IMG/VR virus record: IMGVR_UViG_3300045988_071562
Coordinates: 18,522 to 82,521 of that record
DNA: 64,000 bases
Strand: one strand, 5' to 3'
From: a virus
Made by a program: the position numbers and the translations under genes. This document shows, piece by piece, positions 51,770 to 58,431 of the stretch (position 1 is its first letter; each line of letters begins with the position of its first letter). The notes beneath the pieces were generated by a model, which worked only from the letters and a program-made list of their open reading frames with translations, searched no databases and had not been told where the DNA came from.

Positions 51770-52540
51770 TCAAAACGGACATAAGTCCAAGTTAATTTCC
51801 AGTCCAGGTGTTGCAATCTGCACCAGGGCATCATCCCAAACCACTGCTTCTTTTATCTCTTTCAAAATCTGTTCCAGGTCAGCTGTTTCATTACTCAAAT
51901 GCACCAATGTTACCGTCCGTAATGCTGCCGTATGGTTTGTATTTACTAAGCTTTTGCAAGTATCTAAGGAACAATGCCCTTTAAGCCTGTGCGTGTAATT
52001 TTCAGCTGTTTTGTCAACCAATTCTTTACAATAGTTGCACTCAATAACCAAGTGATTCAGTCGCATTGCTTTGAAGTTGTACTTGCAGTATTCAAAGTCT
52101 GTCATGTACAACAGTTTTCCCATCTCTTCATGCTCCACGATATAACCATAATTGAAACACGGAATAAGTTGCCCTGTATCCTTGTCCCTTGTAGTATGCG
52201 GCAGATAAAACGGTATTACCGTAAACGAGCCAACCCGAAACGGTCTTTTCTCTGGAACGCCTTTCATCAGCTCGCCAGTGATGATTTGCAGATGTTCCAC
52301 GGTTTCATCATTGGTGTAAATCTGAATACCTAAATTCATCAGATTTTTAAATGATTCACGGTGATCACCGTGTTCATGCGTCAGAAGAACACCAGAAACA
52401 TCACTTGTCCTATAATCAATAGCCTTCAGAATGTCTTTGTATCTGCATCCGCAGTCCAGAAGAAGCATTTCTCCGCTGTTGGATTTCAAAACATAGCAGT
52501 TTCCATGGGTACTCCCTGTATTCACTACTCGCATGAACAT
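51770..52540 (-). CDS. Metallo-beta-lactamase-fold hydrolase
   Basis: ..LLLDCGCRY..GVLLTHEHGDHRES.. carries the HxHxDH motif. 256 aa. Confidence 0.75.
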   Translation of the reverse strand: MFMRVVNTGSTHGNCYVLKSNSGEMLLLDCGCRYKDILKAIDYRTSDVSGVLLTHEHGDHRESFKNLMNLGIQIYTNDETVEHLQIITGELMKGVPEKRPFRVGSFTVIPFYLPHTTRDKDTGQLIPCFNYGYIVEHEEMGKLLYMTDFEYCKYNFKAMRLNHLVIECNYCKELVDKTAENYTHRLKGHCSLDTCKSLVNTNHTAALRTVTLVHLSNETADLEQILKEIKEAVVWDDALVQIATPGLEINLDLCPF

Positions 52541-52546
52541 TTTTCA

Positions 52547-53020
52547 TCACCTCTTTTCTATTTTTCTAGAAAAATTCTTGTTAATAGGCGTATTTAATGC
52601 TTTTTCAACTTCCCATCCACTTATTATCCGTTTTACTAATGTTCCTCGTTTTATTCCTTTTTCTCTAGCCCATTCAGAAATATTCTTTTTTTCGCCATTG
52701 TATTCAAGCATATGCGTATGGCGGCTATTACTATTCTGCACCATCATAGTTACCCATCTACAATTATTAGGATCATAATTTCCTTCGTTGTTTATACGGT
52801 CAATAGTTAGATTTTCTGAATATCCATTTGAGTATGCCCAATTATAAAAATTAATAAAACCATCTTTTCCAAGCCACTCATCACAAATTTTAATACCACG
52901 GCCACCATAATTTTTAAATTCCTTCGCATACTCCTTGTAACAGCGACTCTTCATGTTATTATATATTTGATATAATCTTGAATGGGAGCAACCGTGTTTC
53001 TTATTATATCTATTTCCCAT
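52547..53020 (-). CDS. HNH-family homing endonuclease
   Basis: Start ATG 53020 lies behind GGAGTGA. ..SRLYQIYNNMKSRCY..YGGRGIKICDEW..LTIDRINNEGNYDPNNCRWVT.. followed by a C-terminal HTH-like ..ISEWAREKGIKRGTLVKRI.. Confidence 0.65.
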   Translation of the reverse strand: MGNRYNKKHGCSHSRLYQIYNNMKSRCYKEYAKEFKNYGGRGIKICDEWLGKDGFINFYNWAYSNGYSENLTIDRINNEGNYDPNNCRWVTMMVQNSNSRHTHMLEYNGEKKNISEWAREKGIKRGTLVKRIISGWEVEKALNTPINKNFSRKIEKR

Positions 53021-53022
53021 TT

Positions 53023-53148
53023 TCACTCCATATCAACCAGCGAAAATCTGAATTTCTTAGGATATCTCCTCGCGTTACTGGTTACTATAAGCGTGTGCTT
53101 TGCTAACTGCTTGGCTTTTATTATCACCTGTAAATCTTCATTTGCCAT
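53023..53148 (-). pseudogene. 41-aa remnant resembling the N-terminus of a four-helix-bundle (Avd-like) protein
   Basis: ATG 53148 lies behind GAGGA. MANEDLQVIIKAKQLAKHTLIVTSNARRYPKKFRFSLVDME then stops exactly where the HNH gene begins. The typical family length is about 120 aa. Confidence 0.35.
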
Positions 53149-53150
53149 TA

Positions 53151-53747
53151 TTAATCCTCGTCTGATTCAAAGATTGAAGAGGAAAAGATACAAGCCGGGC
53201 GAACACCGCAGTCATAGAAGCAGTCATTGCTGTTGACGTAACCCGAGGAGGAAACAACGGCTACGCTCTTAAAATAATCATTGTAAGGTGTACTCCATGG
53301 TGTAATAAGCCACCACCATTTATCCATATTTGGCAAATATTTCCTGTATTTTCTGTATTCATCCACGGTTAAGAGTGAAATCTTATCTCTACAAGTTCCA
53401 TATTCAGTCTGCCCGTCCAATGCCAACAGGTTACGGTCAAATTCAACAACTGCATTTCCATCGAAAGGCGTATTAATTTTTTCTAAAAATGATGTGTTTA
53501 ATTCTTCTCTTAAAGAACTTTCTTTCCAATTGCTGGAATCTGAATCAAACATTCTTGTTTTACCATAAAAACTATTTAAAATTGCAAAATATCCATCTGG
53601 AAGCTTGTCCAGGATCATCCATTCCATACCGGAAATTTCAACCACTTCCCCGGGTTTCGGAGTGCCCATGTGTTTCTTTTTGTAATCCTCGAATTCCTCT
53701 GTAATTCTTTTTATTTCTGACTCAAAATATTTCAAATCTTTTTTCAT
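53151..53747 (-). CDS. DUF6273-like protein, paralog A
   Basis: ..WWWLITPWSTPYNDYFKSVAVVSSSGYVNSNDCFYDCGVRPACIFSS.. Confidence 0.45.
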   Translation of the reverse strand: MKKDLKYFESEIKRITEEFEDYKKKHMGTPKPGEVVEISGMEWMILDKLPDGYFAILNSFYGKTRMFDSDSSNWKESSLREELNTSFLEKINTPFDGNAVVEFDRNLLALDGQTEYGTCRDKISLLTVDEYRKYRKYLPNMDKWWWLITPWSTPYNDYFKSVAVVSSSGYVNSNDCFYDCGVRPACIFSSSIFESDED

Positions 53748-53749
53748 TT

Positions 53750-54349
53750 TTATTCCTCCACCTTAGATACAAAGAGATTAGATTTTAAGATACAAACTGG
53801 GCGAACACCGTTGACACCGATGCAGACATAGTTGCCGACGTTACCCGAGGAGGAAACAACGGCAACGCTATTCCATCCGCGTTCTTTTGTTGACCAAGAT
53901 GTACATGTCCAATACCAGTCATTAAGTTTTTTGTTCGGAGTTAATTCCGTATATTTTCTTGCTTCATCAAATGTAAGAGGTCTGATTTTACATTTCACCG
54001 AAACGCCTGTATTCTGACCGTCGACCGTAATAAGATCTGCTTCATGTGTTTCAATATTCTCCGCACCAAATTCCTCTTCAAAATTCGCTAAAATTTCCGT
54101 GTCACAAAGTTCTTTTAATTCAGACTCTAAATAATCTGCATTATCCCCGAATTTTACATTTTCTTTTACAAGGTTAAAAGAAACTATCTTGGTGGTATTT
54201 TCATACTGTTCCAACACTTTGTATTTTCTTTTACCTGTAGTTTGGAATACATCACCAGGGTTCAACTCTGATAATTTGATTTTCCCACTTTTCTCCTGCT
54301 TCTCTAAAAGTTCAACCAGTTCTTTTGCTTTCTTTAAAATTTCATTCAT
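53750..54349 (-). CDS. DUF6273-like protein, paralog B
   Basis: ..WYWTCTSWSTKERGWNSVAVVSSSGNVGNYVCIGVNGVRPVCILKS.. It is a tandem duplicate of the previous gene. Confidence 0.45.
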   Translation of the reverse strand: MNEILKKAKELVELLEKQEKSGKIKLSELNPGDVFQTTGKRKYKVLEQYENTTKIVSFNLVKENVKFGDNADYLESELKELCDTEILANFEEEFGAENIETHEADLITVDGQNTGVSVKCKIRPLTFDEARKYTELTPNKKLNDWYWTCTSWSTKERGWNSVAVVSSSGNVGNYVCIGVNGVRPVCILKSNLFVSKVEE

Positions 54350-54363
54350 AACTATTATCCCTC

Positions 54364-54648
54364 CTAGTTTTCCTCATTCACTACAATACCGCCATGGATA
54401 ATAACCCTCTTTCCGTCCGAATCATCAAAATAAACTTCATTTTCAGATTCAGAAACATCGAACTTCCCAGACCAGGACTTGATTTTACCGCCGTTGTAAT
54501 CGTAAACAGTTACGGTACGGTTCAAACCACCGTCAATATCACTAGACAGTGATTTTAATGATCTGCTACAGGAAGAACAACCGCTAAACATTGTGATTGC
54601 TGTAATCCCTGTGATTAATACTGCTGTCTTAATACATTTATGCTTCAT
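54364..54648 (-). CDS. Lipoprotein (94 aa)
   Basis: Signal peptide with a lipobox: MKHKCIKTAVLITGITAITMFSGC. Confidence 0.6.
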   Translation of the reverse strand: MKHKCIKTAVLITGITAITMFSGCSSCSRSLKSLSSDIDGGLNRTVTVYDYNGGKIKSWSGKFDVSESENEVYFDDSDGKRVIIHGGIVVNEEN

Positions 54649-54661
54649 TTTGGCTCTCCTT

Positions 54662-54823
54662 TTACATTGTAAGTCGGATTATAATGAGTACCACATATGT
54701 AATAACATTTAAAAGAATAATTAAATTGGTTCGATTGTATTCATTTTCTCGAATAAAAGATACTATCCATACCAAAAGTGCTATTGAAAGCAAAATAATA
54801 AGCACAATTGTGGAAGTTTCCAT
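54662..54823 (-). CDS. Small membrane protein (53 aa)
   Basis: Below the track cutoff. ATG 54823 lies next to the RecT-like stop. Reads METSTIVLIILLSIALLVWIVSFIRENEYNRTNLIILLNVITYVVLIIIRLTM. Confidence 0.4.
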   Translation of the reverse strand: METSTIVLIILLSIALLVWIVSFIRENEYNRTNLIILLNVITYVVLIIIRLTM

Positions 54824-54824
54824 C

Positions 54825-55931
54825 CTACATTTCCTCCTGGCTCATAAATGACGGAATTTCTGTTTCCACTGGCTCTGCTGCCGGGATTGGTTCTTTCTCT
54901 TCTGTTTTTACGGTTTCGGCTACGGTTGGCTGCTTTGGCTTTTCTTCGATTGCTTCTGGCTGTGGAATAAATTCTTCTACATTGGCATTCTGTTTGATTT
55001 CTTCCTGCACTTCCCTGTACGTAGCATCCATCATGTTATATTCATAAGCCTGCACCGGATTATCCCATTTCTTAGGAATAGACTTCATAATGTTGTTTCG
55101 CATCTTACGAATAATCATTGATTCTCTGGATTGTGTTTCATAATAAGACGGTGAAATATACGGTCTTAATTCCTCACAGTCAATGATTGCTTCCAGTTCT
55201 CCAATGTCAGAGACCTTTTTCATGATTTCTTTTTTCTTTGCTTCAATTTGAGCTTTCTGCGCATCTGTAGCTTTATATCTGTCTGCACAAATTCCAAACG
55301 TTTCATTCTGGAGATTATTCTTGATGTGCGCTGCAAGATTCTTCAGTACATCTGCTCTTTCACAAGAAAGATATTCAATATGTCCGTCCTTATACTGAAT
55401 CGGATATACGATACGCACTACCTTACCTACACCAGACTCTTCCCATTCTGGCGGTGTGATTTCCACACCCTTATGTCTTGGTGGGATATACTTATCACCT
55501 TCTCTGACTTTCCAGTACGGGAATACTTTAGCTACATCGACACCATATCTGCTTACAAGAGCGTCATTTCCATCGCCCTCAATCGCAAATTCGATTTTCT
55601 TCTCCCACTGAGGTTTCTGCCCTTTCGCCGCTATGTTTACGTTTCTGATTTGGAAATAACACTCTCTCGGCTGTGCGTTTGCGTTCAGTTTTAACGCTGC
55701 TACTTTGCTCAGAATGAATTTAAGGTTAGAGCCATTAATTGCTTCAAAACTCACTCCACTCTCATGCACCATCTGGAAAATAGATCCCATTGCTGCCACT
55801 ACGCAATCCTTTGAGTAGGAATCAAATTCCATTCCTCTTGAAGTTAAATCTCTTTCCATTAAATCAACATAACGATTTGTGTAGTAGGAAAGCTGTGTGT
55901 TAAAATTTGCTACCTGTGTGTTTTCTGTCAT
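54825..55931 (-). CDS. RecT/Red-beta-type single-strand annealing protein (putative)
   Basis: 368 aa. ..LSKVAALKLNANAQPRECYFQIRN..IEFAIEGDGNDALVSRYGVD..WKVREGDKY.. loosely fits the RecT core. It has an acidic/Pro-rich tail and sits in context with SSB and the SbcC-like ATPase. Confidence 0.5.
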   Translation of the reverse strand: MTENTQVANFNTQLSYYTNRYVDLMERDLTSRGMEFDSYSKDCVVAAMGSIFQMVHESGVSFEAINGSNLKFILSKVAALKLNANAQPRECYFQIRNVNIAAKGQKPQWEKKIEFAIEGDGNDALVSRYGVDVAKVFPYWKVREGDKYIPPRHKGVEITPPEWEESGVGKVVRIVYPIQYKDGHIEYLSCERADVLKNLAAHIKNNLQNETFGICADRYKATDAQKAQIEAKKKEIMKKVSDIGELEAIIDCEELRPYISPSYYETQSRESMIIRKMRNNIMKSIPKKWDNPVQAYEYNMMDATYREVQEEIKQNANVEEFIPQPEAIEEKPKQPTVAETVKTEEKEPIPAAEPVETEIPSFMSQEEM

Positions 55932-55963
55932 TTTAATTCTCCTTTTCTTTATTTATATGCTCA

Positions 55964-56086
55964 GTGGCATATGAAACAGGATGAAATAATTTGTCCTATG
56001 TTGAATTGTAATTTCCTGTTCTTTCATTAACTGTTTTATTTTTCCCTGTTGTGCTTTCCGGGCATTCACCCGGATTCATATGCCAC
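55964..56086. repeat. Hairpin-bracketed phased-triplet element (solo copy between the RecT-like and 207-aa genes)
   Basis: 12-bp inverted repeat GTGGCATATGAA (55964-55975) / TTCATATGCCAC (56075-56086). It encloses T(G/A)T triplets in 5-nt phase from 55992 to 56049. Confidence 0.7.
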
Positions 56087-56097
56087 CGATTTTTTAT

Positions 56098-56721
56098 TTA
56101 CTCTACGTGGAATCTTCCATAACCGCTTGTTCTGCCAGACCCGATGCCACATCCAAATCCTGCAAGCTGAATAATATTAACGATCTGCTCAATGGAATAA
56201 ATATTATCTACATATGCAAGTTCGATTTCTGCTGACCATCCGGTAAATCTGTTTAAATGTACAAGAACAGGTTTTCCTTTCTTTGGTGACATTAGTTTTT
56301 CGTCAATGTAATGCTCAGCAAACTTAATCGGTATTAAACCTCCTTTGGCGATAATATTTACTCCAGCTTTGAACTTTGTACTATATGTATCAACCCCATT
56401 TCTTACAACAGCATCGCAAAAACATTTCAATAACCCGAATGCTGTAATGCAAGGTGCATTGTTGGTGAGTGCATCAATAAGGCCTTTTTCTGAGAAATCT
56501 GTAGGTTTTCCATTGTACCAGTGAATTGATGTAATGATTTCTTCCCATACATTTGCTTTTTCAAGGTTCTTTGCCTTGTCTTTTCTCTGATCAATCAGTT
56601 CTCTTGCGGTCACGTCATTCATCTTATTGAGAACTAAGTCTCCGTCTCCGATGATTGTGACTGTTGCGTGCTTAACGTTGATTGCCTGTAACTGAATTCT
56701 TTCTTCTTTTTTAGTTTCCAT
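56098..56721 (-). CDS. Hypothetical 207-aa protein with a Gly-rich RAMP-like C-terminal loop
   Basis: GGAGG SD (56731-56735). The C-terminus reads ..IVNIIQLAGFGCGIGSGRTSGYGRFHVE. The gene is flanked on both sides by the phased-triplet elements. Confidence 0.6.
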   Translation of the reverse strand: METKKEERIQLQAINVKHATVTIIGDGDLVLNKMNDVTARELIDQRKDKAKNLEKANVWEEIITSIHWYNGKPTDFSEKGLIDALTNNAPCITAFGLLKCFCDAVVRNGVDTYSTKFKAGVNIIAKGGLIPIKFAEHYIDEKLMSPKKGKPVLVHLNRFTGWSAEIELAYVDNIYSIEQIVNIIQLAGFGCGIGSGRTSGYGRFHVE

Positions 56722-56815
56722 AATTCTTTTCCTCCGATTTTTTAATAGTTTTTATAGTTTCTGTTTGCGCAAACATTCAAGCAGATTAATCCACAATAGT
56801 TTAATATAAATATAA

Positions 56816-57716
56816 TGTTGTGTTATGTATTTTCGTATGCTGTACTGTGCTATCCTGTAGTGTATTGCGAAAGTAATCCGCTTAAATCTTTGCGTAAATT
56901 TCAGATATGCTTAACTGACAATAGAAAATGTCTTATAGTGTCCTGTATTTTTCTGTAATATGCTGTCCTATATTTTGCTTGCATTGTAGTTCGCTTTCCT
57001 ATTCTTGGCAGATTCTACTGCCAGTTAAATACATCTGTGTTGAATGCTCGGTAGGTAACATGAAGTGTCCTATAGTGTCCTATGCTGTCATATAGTGAGT
57101 TATTCTTTACTTTCCTGTGACATTTTTCATGCCACCTACCCAAAATTCAATTTTCGGAGTGCTGTTTTACAGGCGATATAAAGGTCGTATAATATATATT
57201 GTGTTGTCCTATTTTGAGGTGTATTTCGTTATTTTGTTATATTCTTCATTGACGGTTATACCACCTGTAAAACAGCACTCCGTTAAAATGTTGCGTTGTA
57301 CTTTACTGTTCTGTCTTATCCTGTAGTTTAATATGTTATTTTTTAGTATAGTAAGTGTTCGCAACACTTGTCACTCTGCATAAGTGAAATATTTTGTCCT
57401 GTTCTGTTCTGTCTTGTCTTGTCCTGTCATGTATTGTAGTAAACTTTCTGCTTATGCAGACTGATAAATGCTGTGGTTTCCTACGCTCATAAACCTGTAA
57501 AATAGGTAATTATAGTGCTTTATTGTCCTGTCCTATACTGTTGTTCTGTGTATTATCTTGTGCTATTCTATAGTTTCTGCCTGTTTTACAGGCATATCAA
57601 CGTAGGAATTTCGCCGCTACTGCACTCATGTCCCTACAAGAATAAAGTGTAATATGTGTTGTGCTGTTCTGTTTTGTATTGTATTGTGTTGTTCTGTCGT
57701 ATTATCCTACTCCTGT
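56816..57716. repeat. Eight related units of T(G/A)T triplets in strict 5-nt phase, most bracketed by short inverted repeats
   Basis: Arrays lie at 56816-56868, 56929-56973, 57061-57118, 57200-57242, 57292-57324, 57395-57437 (9 consecutive TGT), 57524-57571 and 57655-57697 (9 consecutive TGT). There is no SD-preceded ORF. Confidence 0.85.
57155..57282. repeat. Perfect 19-bp inverted repeat CGGAGTGCTGTTTTACAGG / CCTGTAAAACAGCACTCCG around a 90-bp segment
   Basis: The arms are 57155-57173 and 57264-57282. The left arm contains TTTACA (57166-57171), which lies 16 bp from TATAAT (57188-57193) inside the segment. Confidence 0.9.
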
Positions 57717-57751
57717 AGGCATATCAGCACAGTAACGGCTTCGATATTTAA

Positions 57752-57949
57752 TTACTGATTACATTTCTTTATGGTAATCGGCATTGTTGGGTGATTAATT
57801 TCCCCATCCTCAAAAACTTTTACGATTTTAACTTTATTGGGATCTCCTGCATTTAAGTAAACCATGTCCCCTACTTTTGGTTCAAAATCCGCTTTGAACA
57901 CATATCCTCTTTTTCCTCCGGCATTTTCAATTTCTACATATTTAATCAT
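57752..57949 (-). CDS. Small beta-rich protein (65 aa)
   Basis: MIKYVEIENAGGKRGYVFKADFEPKVGDMVYLNAGDPNKVKIVKVFEDGEINHPTMPITIKKCNQ. It lies immediately upstream of the repeat locus. Confidence 0.55.
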   Translation of the reverse strand: MIKYVEIENAGGKRGYVFKADFEPKVGDMVYLNAGDPNKVKIVKVFEDGEINHPTMPITIKKCNQ

Positions 57950-57968
57950 TCTATTTTCCTCCTAATAT

Positions 57969-58415
57969 TTAATTAATCAGTTCCCAAACTTCTTCGTATT
58001 CAGAAATATTCTGGTATTTCTGCTTCACTGCCAGAAGTTCATTTCGGCAACGCTCTAAAAGTGCTTCGTATTCATCCGGCTGTTTCAAAATAAGCTGTGT
58101 TGGCTTATATCCGCTTTTTCCATCTGTTTTGTAAAACACTCGAATTGCTGTCGGCTTTGGCTTGTTGTCAATATCCTGTTCCACGATTTTTAACTGACAA
58201 ACTATCTGTCTGGCTTCTTGGATTCTGTATTTTTCAGCTGCTATGGAATCATCCCATGTAAAGCACTTATGTAATTCTGTACTTTCGTCCCTTGCTTTCT
58301 CAAGAATCTGTTGTGGTGTAGCTGATTCCATCTGATCGCAAATTTCCATGATTTCAGACGCACATTTTGTAGCATCTGCCTTGAAAAAATGTTTTCCCCA
58401 TGTTGCTGTTAGCAT
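57969..58415 (-). CDS. Hypothetical protein (148 aa)
   Basis: ..TELHKCFTWDDSIAAEKYRIQEARQIVCQLKIV.. looks like a conserved phage motif, but I cannot name the family. Confidence 0.5.
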   Translation of the reverse strand: MLTATWGKHFFKADATKCASEIMEICDQMESATPQQILEKARDESTELHKCFTWDDSIAAEKYRIQEARQIVCQLKIVEQDIDNKPKPTAIRVFYKTDGKSGYKPTQLILKQPDEYEALLERCRNELLAVKQKYQNISEYEEVWELIN

Positions 58416-58431
58416 TTTCCCCTCCTGTTTG

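Noticed and set aside
53023-53148. The Avd-like fragment as evidence for a diversity-generating retroelement.
   Set aside because: There is no reverse transcriptase and no template/variable repeat pair anywhere in the window. The fragment is truncated.
57117-57326. A 69-aa plus-strand ORF lies inside the repeat locus.
   Set aside because: It has a GTG start without an SD. Its translation (..FGVLFYRRYKGRIIYIVLSYFEVYFVILLYSS..) simply reflects the T-rich repeats, and it spans both arms of the 19-bp inverted repeat.
56722-57751. Could the repeat locus be a CRISPR array?
   Set aside because: There is no constant-length direct repeat alternating with unique spacers. The units are 90-130 bp, degenerate and built from 5-nt phased triplets. 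There are no cas genes other than the weak RAMP-like resemblance of one C-terminal loop.
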